A stretch of 64,000 nucleotides of DNA from Acidimicrobiia bacterium (GCA_035458525.1 DATHZQ010000091.1:70201-134200); one strand, 5' to 3'. Positions 25,753 through 34,850 are shown, counted from the first letter of the stretch. Notes: generated from the sequence alone by a model not told the origin. A program made the numbers and translations.

Positions 25753-26891
25753 CGCCGCCGGAGCAGACCCAAACCCGCCAACACCGATCCGAGCGGCAGA
25801 CATCCTTGCTGGGCCGGCCCGCCACCGCCGCCGCTCGTTGCGTCGATACCGACGGCCGTCCAGCCGTTGGCGACTGCGGTCTGCTGCGCACTGCCAGTCC
25901 CGTGGAGCTCACCGGCGATCGTCCAGGTCAGGTTGGCGCAATCCTGGAACACCGCCTGCGAGGTGAGCCGGTTGTCGGTCAGGGTGCGGAACCAGATGTT
26001 GCCGGCATCACCCCACGCATTGCCGCCGAGCTCCAGCGCCACGGTGTAGAACGCCTTGTTCGGGATGCCGGAGTTGATGTGGACGCCGCCATTGTCCGAG
26101 GTCGTCGTGACGAAGTCGTCCATATGCCCGGGCTGAGGGTCCTTGCCCAGCACCGGGTCGTCGTACGCCGTTCCCGGCGCCTTCATCGACCTGATGCCGT
26201 CGCCGTTGACGTTCCCGGTGAACAGGTCGCCTCCGATGATCCAATCAGCCGCGGCGGCCGACTGGTTGAGCGTGCGCTGGCGAACCAGCGAGCCGAAGAC
26301 ATCCGAGAAGTGCTCGTTGAGAGCGCCGGGCTGGTTGAAATACACCAACCCAGCCGTGAATTCCGTCACACCATGGGTCAGCTCATGGCCGATGACGTCG
26401 AGCGACTTCGTGAATCGATTGAACAGTCGCTGGTCCTCGGGCAGATCTTCGTCGCCATCGCCGTAGACCATCTGGGAGCCGTTCCAGAACGCGTTGTCGT
26501 AGCCAACTTGGTAGTGCACGGTGGAGTCGAGCCGCATGCCGCTGCCATCGATGGAGTCGCGCCCGAACACGTCCATGAAGAGGTCATAGGTGTCCCCGGA
26601 GCCGTCGTAGGCCTCGTCGACCGCCGGATCGCCTGAGGGCGGGTCGCCTTCGTTGCGCACCGGCGTGCCCGGCAGCGAACTGCCGTTGTTGGCGGTATAG
26701 ACGATTCGTTCCTTGCCGGGCATCGCAGCCGGCGCGGCCTCGAGACCGCCCTGCTGGCGCTGATCGCGGATCGCCTCGGAGACCTCCATGCTGGATTCGG
26801 CCGCTTGGCGTTGCGCCTCCGTGCCGTGCTCGACGACCTCTTCGTACATGTGGGGCGGAATGATGCAATGCAATCCGTGCCGTCCGGTCAT
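25749..26891 (-). CDS. M4 (thermolysin-family) zinc metalloprotease of the protealysin-like subgroup, with a Gly-rich linker and a hydrophobic C-terminal tail ending in RRR
   Basis: VIGHELTHGV (HExxH) and GALNEHFSDVFG (the Glu zinc ligand) are present. There is no signal peptide. The short propeptide carries HCIIPPHMYEEV, a PPL-like motif of protealysin-like proteases. The tail is SGGGGGPAQQGCLPLGSVLAGLGLLRRR. Confidence 0.9.
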   Translation of the reverse strand: MTGRHGLHCIIPPHMYEEVVEHGTEAQRQAAESSMEVSEAIRDQRQQGGLEAAPAAMPGKERIVYTANNGSSLPGTPVRNEGDPPSGDPAVDEAYDGSGDTYDLFMDVFGRDSIDGSGMRLDSTVHYQVGYDNAFWNGSQMVYGDGDEDLPEDQRLFNRFTKSLDVIGHELTHGVTEFTAGLVYFNQPGALNEHFSDVFGSLVRQRTLNQSAAAADWIIGGDLFTGNVNGDGIRSMKAPGTAYDDPVLGKDPQPGHMDDFVTTTSDNGGVHINSGIPNKAFYTVALELGGNAWGDAGNIWFRTLTDNRLTSQAVFQDCANLTWTIAGELHGTGSAQQTAVANGWTAVGIDATSGGGGGPAQQGCLPLGSVLAGLGLLRRR

Positions 26892-26936
26892 CCTGCGCTC
26901 TCCCTCGCTCGGTGGCCGCTTGTGTTGTCGATTCCG

Positions 26937-27359
26937 CTACCCGCCGCCGGCTCGCGCTGCCTGGTTGAGCCAGCCCAACAGAGGCACCAACGTCTCGGGC
27001 GCCCCGGCGTCGCCGGTGCGCACCGAGACCCGACGATCCCCTGTCTCGATCACGACGACGTAGTTGAACTCGTCGGCGACGGTGCCATCCCCCGCGATCT
27101 CCTCAGGAAGGTCGAAGAAGCCTGACTCGTCGATCAGCCGGCGGAGATACGCCGCATCCTCCGCGGCGAGGTCCTCCGTCGATATCTCGACCGTGCGCGT
27201 GATTCCGGCAAAGCCACCGGACCGTTCGAACATGATCTTCACGACCTCAACCTCGCCGCTCGCCGTCGTCGCACTCCTGGCTTCTGTTTCCCCGATTGGA
27301 TCGCCGCAGCCGGCGCCCGCCAACAGGAGAACCGCTACCACGAAGATACGCAACGCCAC
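26937..27359 (-). CDS. Emfourin-like protein (inhibitor of protealysin-like proteases) with an N-terminal signal peptide, possibly a lipoprotein
   Basis: MALRIFVVAVLLLAGAGCGD is followed by VKIMFERSGGFAGITRTVEISTEDLAAEDAAYLRRLIDESGFFDLP...DEFNYVVVIETGDRRVSV...LVPLLGWL. This matches my recollection of the RSGGFAGI...(F/Y)-containing emfourin fold family. It lies 45 nt upstream of the M4 protease on the same strand. Confidence 0.65.
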   Translation of the reverse strand: MALRIFVVAVLLLAGAGCGDPIGETEARSATTASGEVEVVKIMFERSGGFAGITRTVEISTEDLAAEDAAYLRRLIDESGFFDLPEEIAGDGTVADEFNYVVVIETGDRRVSVRTGDAGAPETLVPLLGWLNQAARAGGG

Positions 27360-27416
27360 GGGTCCATGCTGTCACGCGGTGCCGGGCGGCTCAAGGTGGT
27401 TGGAACACGGATGGTG

Positions 27417-27656
27417 TCAGGTCGGAACGCGGCGGGTCTCGGCAAGGTCGCGAAGCGCCCGGTTTGGTGGCACGTTCTCGAGAAACGAACGCTGCATCTC
27501 GTGGTTGGCGATTCTCGAGCTCATCCGGTCGAGGCCGCCGAGACGCATCGACTCTGCGCGCGGGTCCCCGAAACTCGCCAAGACACCATGTGAGGTGAGA
27601 AACAGGTCGATCGGAAGCTCTGTGCTGTCGACGTCGTCAGATCCCCGCCATCGCAC
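27417..27656 (-). CDS. Possible small hypothetical protein (79 aa or shorter)
   Basis: Its GC3 is somewhat higher than that of the competing plus-strand ORF. It overlaps the patatin stop by 20 nt. I recognise no family (…MSSRIANHEMQRSFLENVPPNRALRDLAETRRV). Confidence 0.3.
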   Translation of the reverse strand: MRWRGSDDVDSTELPIDLFLTSHGVLASFGDPRAESMRLGGLDRMSSRIANHEMQRSFLENVPPNRALRDLAETRRVPT

Positions 27657-28515
27657 ATGCCTTCGTCACGTCCTTCTGCGCTTGCTGCTCAATGGCCGTG
27701 GCGGCCCCCGGGTTGCGTCGCGGGAAGCCTGCCGCAACCTCCATCAGCTCGAGGGTTGGTTCCACGACCACGACGCGGCGGCCGGCGCCTCGGAGTCGGC
27801 CGAGCTCGACGTTGAGCTGCTTGCGGGCGTGGCGCGCAAGAAGCCGCCGCGAGGGTCGCGTCATCGGCGACGAAACCAGCACCACATCGCCGGGGACTCC
27901 CAGAGCCAGGTCGGCGTGGGTGGGCGATACGACACCGCCGTCGATGTAGTCGTGGCCATCGATGTGCTTGGGTTGAAACATCCCAGGCACAGCTGAAGAG
28001 GCCGCAACGGCGTCGGCGACGCTCACGTCGGTGCGATCGCGACCGAACACGACGAGCTCACCGTCAGTGACCCGGACAGCAGGAATCCAAAGCCCTGGAG
28101 GCCACCCGTCGAGATCGGGCACGCCCGGGAACTGCTCGGCAAACGCGGTGGGAAACAAGCCCCGCGGAAGCAGCCCGGAGAGGGCCAAGACCACATTCGC
28201 GCGGGCATGCCACGCATCCCGTGCGAGCTTCACCGACAACGGGCGGACACTCTTTCGAGCTTCGCGCACCTCGCTGAGGACGGCATCCCGCTGTTCGGCG
28301 CTGGGCGGTCGGCCCATGGTGGCCACGATCCGTTCCGGGTCGGCGCCGCTGCGAACGGACGCCGCCACGGCGGCGCCGGCGGATGTGCCGATGACCGTCG
28401 CAACGGCGGACAGCGTGACGCCTCGGTCGCGCAACGCAGCGAGCACGCCGGCGTGATACACCCATCCGAGCGCCCCGCCCCCGCCGAGCACCAAGGACAG
28501 CCGAGCAGGATTCAC
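27637..28515 (-). CDS. Patatin-like phospholipase
   Basis: SLVLGGGGALGWVYHAGV (oxyanion GGG.xG), GTSAGA (GxSxG nucleophile) and YIDGGV (DGG catalytic Asp). Confidence 0.9.
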   Translation of the reverse strand: MNPARLSLVLGGGGALGWVYHAGVLAALRDRGVTLSAVATVIGTSAGAAVAASVRSGADPERIVATMGRPPSAEQRDAVLSEVREARKSVRPLSVKLARDAWHARANVVLALSGLLPRGLFPTAFAEQFPGVPDLDGWPPGLWIPAVRVTDGELVVFGRDRTDVSVADAVAASSAVPGMFQPKHIDGHDYIDGGVVSPTHADLALGVPGDVVLVSSPMTRPSRRLLARHARKQLNVELGRLRGAGRRVVVVEPTLELMEVAAGFPRRNPGAATAIEQQAQKDVTKACAMAGI

Positions 28516-28640
28516 CGGCCGTCGCCAGAACTACCGGAAGCCGAACGGCGCTGCCTATTCACAACAGCACGCTACCTCGATGATGACCCGACGATGCGGC
28601 GTCCGGCAGTATCTGCGCGCCTCACCGTAAGCTCGGGTCG

Positions 28641-29576
28641 ATGAACGGTGAACATGGCGGACAGGGCAAGAACGACACACGCGCCGGGTTGATCGAAGTG
28701 CGTGAGGGGCGAACCGCTGATATCAACGGCATGGGCGTCGTGCGGGTGCTGCCCACCAAGGGGCGCCGCACCGTCGGCCCCTGGTGCTTCGTCGACCTGA
28801 TGTCCGCCGCCGACGTCGCCGAACCTGACCCGATGGAGGTTGGCCCGCATCCCCACATCGGCTTGAGCACCGTGACCTGGCTGTTCGAGGGAGAGGCGTT
28901 GCACACGGACTCCCTCGGCACGGAACAGGTCATTCGGCCGGGTGAGCTGAACCTCATGACTGCGGGCCATGGGATCGCCCACGCCGAACTGGAGGTCAGG
29001 CGAGGCAGCGCGCCTGCTGCGGCTGACGCCGTGAAAGGTATCCAGATGTGGCTCGCCCAGACCGACGCAACGCGGCACGGACCTTCGAGCTTCGTTCACC
29101 ACAAGAACCTGCCGCATCTCGAGTTGGGCGGGGCTGAGGTGAGCCTGCTCGCCGGGACCATGGCGGGCGCAACGTCTCCTGTGGCCACCGACTGGCCGCT
29201 CCTCGGGGTCGACGCCACCCTCCACCTGAACGAGGCGACCCTGCCGGTCGAGCCCTCCTTCGAACACGCCATCGTTCCGATCGACCGACGCGCCAAGGTG
29301 AACGACACGATCGTGGAGCCCGGGTCGCTGGCCATCGTTTCACCAGGAGTCGAGCGGCTCAACATCGCAACGGCCGGCTCGCCCGGGCGGGTCATGCTCC
29401 TTGGCGGCCTCCCGTTCCCAGCTCGCATTCAGATGTGGTGGAACTTCGTCGCACGAAATCGCGAGGAACTGACGCAGGCCTGGCTCGACTGGCGCAACCA
29501 CAATGACGATCGGTTCGCACGGGTCCCATCTCGACTCGACCGCATCGAAGCACCGCAGCCCATCTGGATTCGCTGA
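28641..29576 (+). CDS. Pirin-family (bicupin) protein
   Basis: GPHPHIGLSTVTWLFEGEALHTDSLG..QVIRPGELNLMTAGHGIAHAE is the pirin metal-site pattern. A second cupin half follows. Confidence 0.85.
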   Translation: MNGEHGGQGKNDTRAGLIEVREGRTADINGMGVVRVLPTKGRRTVGPWCFVDLMSAADVAEPDPMEVGPHPHIGLSTVTWLFEGEALHTDSLGTEQVIRPGELNLMTAGHGIAHAELEVRRGSAPAAADAVKGIQMWLAQTDATRHGPSSFVHHKNLPHLELGGAEVSLLAGTMAGATSPVATDWPLLGVDATLHLNEATLPVEPSFEHAIVPIDRRAKVNDTIVEPGSLAIVSPGVERLNIATAGSPGRVMLLGGLPFPARIQMWWNFVARNREELTQAWLDWRNHNDDRFARVPSRLDRIEAPQPIWIR

Positions 29577-29635
29577 GCGGGGCCGCACGGCTCCGCGACG
29601 CTGCGTAGCGTGGGCGCCAGGAAACGGAGGCCGCG

Positions 29636-30685
29636 ATGGAACATGTGGTGCAGTCCGGCGAGACGCTGAAGACGATCGCCGCCGCATACGGAACGACCGT
29701 TGCCCAGATGATTGCGGCCAACCCGGACCTGGAGGATCCGGATCGCATCGCCAAGAACCAGGTGTTGCAGATCCCGTCCGGCGAGGTCGCCTCTGCCGAG
29801 GAGCCGCAAGCAGCACCCGGGGACACGACGACTACCTCCTACACGGTGCAATCGGGCGACACGTTGAAGGCCATCGCAGCCAGCCACGACGTGACCCTGA
29901 CGGCAGTGATCGCAGCCAACCCTGACATCGAACCCGACAACATCCGTCGCGGGCAAGTGATCACCATTCCGGCAGCAACCGCCACGGCTGGGTCCCCGCC
30001 ACGCGGGACGACGTCCAACCGGCCGGCACCCAAGCCGCGACCGCCGCGCCGCACACCCGGGGGTCGCGACTGGTCAACGGTCCATGTGAACGAACGCATG
30101 GTCTACGTGATGGAGCGGCTCGTCGAGTACGGCTACCCGGTGAACGGTTCCGCAGGCGTCCTGGGCAACCTCTATTACGAGTCCGGCGTCCTGCCCAACC
30201 GCATCGAGGGAAGCAACGCCAAGACACCGATGCGCGCACCCGGATTCGACGGGAAGAAGCATGACTTCTCACCCGAGGAGGTGATGCGCCGCAAGCCGGA
30301 TGCGGAGGAGGGTCCGCGCAAGGCGGGCATCGGCCTCGCCCAGTGGACGGCGCCTCCGCGGCGGCGGAGGCTCTTCGAGCACGAGTACGACGGTCGGGTA
30401 CTCGGCGCTGCGATCCTGTCGGACATGGATGCTCAGATCGACTTCCTGGTCGAAGAGTTGCGCTCGCGGTACAGAGCGGTGGAGGCCGTGGTCTCCAACC
30501 CGAAGGTCCGCCTCAACGATGCCTGCGACGAGGTGCTGTACAGCTTCGAGACGCCGGGCTCGGTGATCGGCAACGACGGCAAGAGGCTGCCCCGCACCGA
30601 CCCGGCCGTCGAGACCGTCTTTCTCGTGCGGCGCAAACACGCCAGGAGAGCCAGGCGCCTCTACCTGAAGGCGAACCCGGCCTGA
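29636..30685 (+). CDS. Two LysM domains fused to a phage-tail-lysozyme-like (Phage_lysozyme2-type) domain; no signal peptide
   Basis: HVVQSGETLKTIAAAYGTTVAQMIAANPDL and YTVQSGDTLKAIAASHDVTLTAVIAANPDI are LysM units. A Pro/Arg linker follows. GSAGVLGNLYYESG...GIGLAQWT is the lysozyme-like core. Confidence 0.8.
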   Translation: MEHVVQSGETLKTIAAAYGTTVAQMIAANPDLEDPDRIAKNQVLQIPSGEVASAEEPQAAPGDTTTTSYTVQSGDTLKAIAASHDVTLTAVIAANPDIEPDNIRRGQVITIPAATATAGSPPRGTTSNRPAPKPRPPRRTPGGRDWSTVHVNERMVYVMERLVEYGYPVNGSAGVLGNLYYESGVLPNRIEGSNAKTPMRAPGFDGKKHDFSPEEVMRRKPDAEEGPRKAGIGLAQWTAPPRRRRLFEHEYDGRVLGAAILSDMDAQIDFLVEELRSRYRAVEAVVSNPKVRLNDACDEVLYSFETPGSVIGNDGKRLPRTDPAVETVFLVRRKHARRARRLYLKANPA

Positions 30686-30759
30686 GCACGACCATGAGTT
30701 TGTGATCGAAGGGCTTGACGCCCCTAGCCGGTCTTGGCCTTGCATCGTAGCGTCGCACA

Positions 30760-32076
30760 ATGGAAACGACGCTGGAATCCGCCGCCTCCATCGACCGCCA
30801 CATCCCCCTGGCCGCCGCCCTCACCGAGGCGAACCGCTGCCTCATGTGCTGGGACGCCCCGTGCACGAGGGCCTGCCCAACCTCGATCGACGTCCCCGGC
30901 TTCATCAAGCGCATCGCCAACCGGGACGACCTCGGTGCAGCGCGGGTCATCCTCGACGCCAACGTCCTTGGCGACTCGTGCGCCCATGCCTGCCCGACCA
31001 CAGTGCTGTGCGAGGGAGCGTGCGTGATGAACGACGTGGACGGCAGGGCCGTCGCCATCGGCGCCCTCCAGGGGTACGCCACCGGCCCGTTGATCGATGC
31101 GGGTATCCAGCCGTTCCCCTCGAAGCCGCCCACCGGCAAACATGTCGCCGTCGTCGGAGGGGGTCCGGCCGGCTTGGCGTGCGCGGCGGAGCTGCAGCGC
31201 CGCGGCCACACCGCAGTCGTCTTCGACGCAGCCGACGAGCCCGGCGGATTGAACACCCACGGCGTAGCGGAGTACAAGGTTCCGCACGAAGCTGCGCTGG
31301 CTGAGATCGCCTGGATCGAGGCCGGCGGCGTTGAGATTCGGCGCAACGCCCTGATCGCGGATGCGAGTGCGTTCGACTCCTTGCTCGACGGATACGACGC
31401 CGTGTTTGTCGGCGTCGGGCTCGGCAGGATTCGCCCGCTGCAGCTGCCGGGCGAGGACCTGCAAGGGGTGCACGATGCGCTCGCCCTCATCGCCGCCTCC
31501 AAAGCCGAGATGATCGCCCAGGACCTGTTTCGGGGGCAGACGGTGGTCGTGCTGGGCGGGGGCAACACGGCGATCGATGCTGCTCGGCTGGCAACACGAC
31601 TCGCCGCTGCGAGAGTCAGCCTCGTCTATCGACGCGGACCCGACCACATGCCGGCGTACCGCCACGAAATCGACGAAGCCCGAGCAGAGGGTGTGACGTT
31701 CTCGTTCTGGCTTTCGCCTGTAGGCGTCGAGGGCGAGGGTGCGGTTGCATCGCTTCGGTGTGAGCGCACGGCTCCGGGGGTACCCGGCACCGACGGGCGA
31801 CCCTCGGTCGTCGGCACCGGGGAGACCGAGCTCGTCCCATGCGACGTCGTGATCGTCGCGACCGGGCAGGAGACGCACGCGGCTTTCCTGGAGTCGGCGG
31901 CGCTCGATCTCGACGCAAGCGGCCGGGTCGTCACCGACGACCACGGTCGGACGTCCCGCGCACGGGTGTGGGCCGGAGGCGACTGCGTCAACGGCGGCAA
32001 GGAGGTCGTCAATGCGGTTGCCGAGGGTATGGCGGCGGCACGGAGCATCGACGACGCACTGAGCGGAAGGAGGTGA
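30760..32076 (+). CDS. preT: NAD-dependent dihydropyrimidine dehydrogenase subunit PreT (GltD-like FAD/Fe-S flavoprotein)
   Basis: EANRCLMCWDAPCTRACPTSIDVPGFI, CEGACV and VAVVGGGPAGLACAAEL. It is followed directly by preA. No SD precedes the ATG. Confidence 0.85.
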   Translation: METTLESAASIDRHIPLAAALTEANRCLMCWDAPCTRACPTSIDVPGFIKRIANRDDLGAARVILDANVLGDSCAHACPTTVLCEGACVMNDVDGRAVAIGALQGYATGPLIDAGIQPFPSKPPTGKHVAVVGGGPAGLACAAELQRRGHTAVVFDAADEPGGLNTHGVAEYKVPHEAALAEIAWIEAGGVEIRRNALIADASAFDSLLDGYDAVFVGVGLGRIRPLQLPGEDLQGVHDALALIAASKAEMIAQDLFRGQTVVVLGGGNTAIDAARLATRLAAARVSLVYRRGPDHMPAYRHEIDEARAEGVTFSFWLSPVGVEGEGAVASLRCERTAPGVPGTDGRPSVVGTGETELVPCDVVIVATGQETHAAFLESAALDLDASGRVVTDDHGRTSRARVWAGGDCVNGGKEVVNAVAEGMAAARSIDDALSGRR

Positions 32077-32081
32077 CGGGG

Positions 32082-33377
32082 ATGGCCGATCTCTCCGTCA
32101 ATATCTGCGGCATCGAGTCCCCAAATCCTTTCTGGCTCGCCTCGGCGCCACCGACCAACACTGGGGACCAGATTGCCCGCGCTTTCGAGGCGGGTTGGGG
32201 CGGCGCCGTCTGGAAGACGCTCGGAGAGCCGATCGAGAACACGTGGTCGCGCTACAGCTCGGTCGATCTCAACGGGCAGCGCATGATGGGCTTCAACAAC
32301 ATCGAGCTCATCACGGACCGACCGCTCGACGTGAACCTCGAGGAGATCACCGCAGTCAAGAACCGCTATCCGGACCATGCGCTGATCGTCAGCCTGATGG
32401 TCGAGTCCACCCAGAAGGCTTGGCACGAGATCGTCAAGCAGGCGCAGGACGCCGGCGCCGATGGACTCGAGCTGAATTTCGGATGCCCGCACGGCATGTC
32501 GGAGCGAGGCATGGGCAGCGCCATCGGCCAGGTGCCCGAGTACGCGTGCCAGATCACCACCTGGGCCAAGGAAGCGGCAACCGTCCCCGTGCTCGTGAAG
32601 CTGACCCCGAACGTAGCGGACATCCGGCCTCCGGCCCGAGCCGCGTTCGAGGGCGGCGCCGACGCGGTGAGCCTGATCAACACCATCAACAGCATCACCG
32701 GCATCGATCTCGACACGTTTGCGCCGCGGCCGTCGGTCCGGGGGGAGTCGAGTCACGGCGGCTACTGCGGCCCGGCCGTCAAGCCCATCGCACTCCACAT
32801 GGTGTCGGCGATCGCCGGCGATCGGGAACTCGATGATCCCGTGATCAGCGGCATCGGCGGCATCGGCACGTGGCGGGATGCGGCAGAGTTCATTCTGCTC
32901 GGCGCCACGACCGTGCAGGTCTGTACCGCGGTGATGCATTGGGGTTACCGAATCGTGGAAGGCATGATCGACGGGCTGAGCAACTACCTCGACCACAAGG
33001 GCATGGCGAGCGTCAACGAGTTGCGGGGTCGCAGCCTCGAGCGGGTGAAGGACTGGCAACACCTCGATCTGAATTACGTGATCAAGGCCCACATCGACCA
33101 GGACGCCTGCATCGGCTGCGGGCTATGCCACATCGCGTGCCATGATGGCGCCCATCAAGCCATCGGGGCCGAGCGCAAAGGCGAGCGGACCCGGGTGTGG
33201 ATCAAGGAGGACGCCTGTGTGGGCTGCAATCTGTGCAGCCTGGTGTGCCCGGTACCGGGCTGCATCACGATGCAGGAGCAAGACGTCGCCGAAGGCTCGC
33301 TCACCTGGTCGGACTATCAGGAAGGCAAGGGTCCCGACCTGATCCCGCGCCCCAAGCACGGCCTCACGATCGGCTGA
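32082..33377 (+). CDS. preA: Dihydropyrimidine dehydrogenase subunit PreA (DHOD-like TIM barrel plus 2x[4Fe-4S] ferredoxin tail)
   Basis: A GGAAGGAGG RBS precedes MADLSVNICGIESPNPFWLASAPP...ELNFGCPHGM...GGYCGPAVKPIAL...CIGCGLCHIACHD...CVGCNLCSLVCP. Confidence 0.9.
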   Translation: MADLSVNICGIESPNPFWLASAPPTNTGDQIARAFEAGWGGAVWKTLGEPIENTWSRYSSVDLNGQRMMGFNNIELITDRPLDVNLEEITAVKNRYPDHALIVSLMVESTQKAWHEIVKQAQDAGADGLELNFGCPHGMSERGMGSAIGQVPEYACQITTWAKEAATVPVLVKLTPNVADIRPPARAAFEGGADAVSLINTINSITGIDLDTFAPRPSVRGESSHGGYCGPAVKPIALHMVSAIAGDRELDDPVISGIGGIGTWRDAAEFILLGATTVQVCTAVMHWGYRIVEGMIDGLSNYLDHKGMASVNELRGRSLERVKDWQHLDLNYVIKAHIDQDACIGCGLCHIACHDGAHQAIGAERKGERTRVWIKEDACVGCNLCSLVCPVPGCITMQEQDVAEGSLTWSDYQEGKGPDLIPRPKHGLTIG

Positions 33378-33498
33378 GCCGACCGGCGCGCACGTCGCGC
33401 CGCCGAGATTGCAGCCGCGTCGTGGAACTGCACCTCCTCGCGTCATCGGCGCGGAATCTGCCGCGCTCGACCTCCCCACGCGGCATACTGAACACGAG

Positions 33499-33933
33499 AT
33501 GACGGAACTGGAACGACGCGAGATCGAGCGAGCGAGGTCCTTGCAGGAGCTCGCCGGGCTGCGCATCGCCATCGACGACGCCCGGCGGGAAGTCGACGTG
33601 CCCCGCCTCGCCGAGCTCACCCGTCGTCGCGATCGGTTGCGGCAGCGTATTGCGGTCCTCGAAGACCCGAGCGTCGAGCGCACGATGCTCGAGCACGAGC
33701 TGGCGGGATTGCGCGAGCAGGTGTCAGCGCCGCCACCGAACCTGGGCCTGTCGCTTGCGACCACCTCATCGGTGGGTCAGGGTGGCAGCGCATCGGCCGG
33801 CTTCGCCCACGGGAAGTACAACCGTGCCGTCAACAACGACGACACGGGCGGGCATCGCAGCCGCAACGACGCGCTGGCCCGCATTGCTTGGATCGAGCAG
33901 CGCCTCGCCGAGCTGGGCCCAACCGCGGTGTAG
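33499..33933 (+). CDS. Hypothetical coiled-coil protein
   Basis: MTELERREIERARSLQELAGLRIAIDDARREV...RIAWIEQRLAELG. I recognise no family. The start is taken at the first ATG of the coding-looking part. Confidence 0.45.
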   Translation: MTELERREIERARSLQELAGLRIAIDDARREVDVPRLAELTRRRDRLRQRIAVLEDPSVERTMLEHELAGLREQVSAPPPNLGLSLATTSSVGQGGSASAGFAHGKYNRAVNNDDTGGHRSRNDALARIAWIEQRLAELGPTAV

Positions 33934-33974
33934 GTTGACCGTCGATTGCATCCCCCATCTCGAGGAGCCTCGCC

Positions 33975-34769
33975 ATGCGACCGATCCGCATCGCCGTTCA
34001 GTTCCACCCGCAACACGGGGACTACACCGTCCTGCGTCGCCAGCTCGTAGCCGCCGAAGAGGCGGGCGCCGACATCGCCTACAACTGGGATCACTTCTAC
34101 CCGCTCTACGGGCCCCCGGACGGAGCACACCTGGAGTGCTGGACCATGCTGGCGGCATGGGCCGAGCAGACAGAGCGCATCGAAATCGGGGCGCTCGTCA
34201 CGTGTAATTCGTATCGCAATCCCCAGCTCCTCGCCGACATGGCGCGCACCGTCGACCACATCTCGGGCGGACGGCTCATCCTGGGCATCGGTTCGGGGTG
34301 GTTCCAACGCGACTACGACGAGTACGGCTACGAGTTCGGCACGGCCGGGAGCCGGCTGGACGACCTGGCTGAAGCGCTGCCGCAGATCGAGCAACGCTGG
34401 ACGAAGCTCAATCCGCCGCCCACCCGGGACATCCCGATCCTGATCGGCGGCACCGGCGAGCGGAAGACGTTGCGTATGGTGGCGAAGCACGCATCCGGCT
34501 GGCATGCACTCTTCCCCGACCGGCCCGGCGTCCTCGAGCCAAAGGTGGCTGCGCTGGAACAGTGGTGTGCCGAGTACGAGCGGGACCCCCACGACATCGA
34601 GTGGGGTTTGGGGCTCGAGCCGGGCGACGCCGACCGGGCGCTGAATGAGGACGCCAACACGTATGTCGAGATGGGGTTCACCCAATTCACGCTCGGCACC
34701 ACGGGTCCGGCTTGGTCCCTCGACGGCTTGGAGGACTGGCTCGCCTGGCGCGACGAGCGCAACGGCTGA
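33975..34769 (+). CDS. LLM-class F420-dependent oxidoreductase (short form)
   Basis: IAVQFHPQHGDY...NWDHFYPLYG...VDHISGGRLILGIGSGWFQRDYDEYGYEFG...ILIGGTGERKTLRMVAKHASGW. Confidence 0.85.
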   Translation: MRPIRIAVQFHPQHGDYTVLRRQLVAAEEAGADIAYNWDHFYPLYGPPDGAHLECWTMLAAWAEQTERIEIGALVTCNSYRNPQLLADMARTVDHISGGRLILGIGSGWFQRDYDEYGYEFGTAGSRLDDLAEALPQIEQRWTKLNPPPTRDIPILIGGTGERKTLRMVAKHASGWHALFPDRPGVLEPKVAALEQWCAEYERDPHDIEWGLGLEPGDADRALNEDANTYVEMGFTQFTLGTTGPAWSLDGLEDWLAWRDERNG

Positions 34770-34850
34770 CCGGCACGACCACGGGCACCCGTGTCGGAAG
34801 GCCCCGACGCATAGGATCAGCGGGGAGCGGACCCGAGGAGCAACACCATT

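Noticed and set aside
25752-25835. LPLGS in the protease tail as a sortase (LPXTG) signal
   Set aside because: The motif lacks the T-G. The hydrophobic stretch after it is only about 9 residues, against about 20 in the genuine LPVTG signal at 4333..4443. The protein also has no N-terminal signal peptide. The GC-hydrophobic-RRR reading fits better but remains unproven.
27366-27593. 75-aa plus-strand ORF between the emfourin-like and patatin genes
   Set aside because: It competes with the minus-strand ORF 27417..27656. It has slightly lower GC3 and a more Arg/Gly-biased composition, and it would be antisense to a same-strand gene string. Neither ORF is strongly supported.
27637-28515. Patatin-like phospholipase as a CBASS (CapV-type) effector
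   Set aside because: No CD-NTase/cyclase, E1/E2/JAB or other CBASS component is adjacent. The neighbours are a protease, its inhibitor and a pirin.
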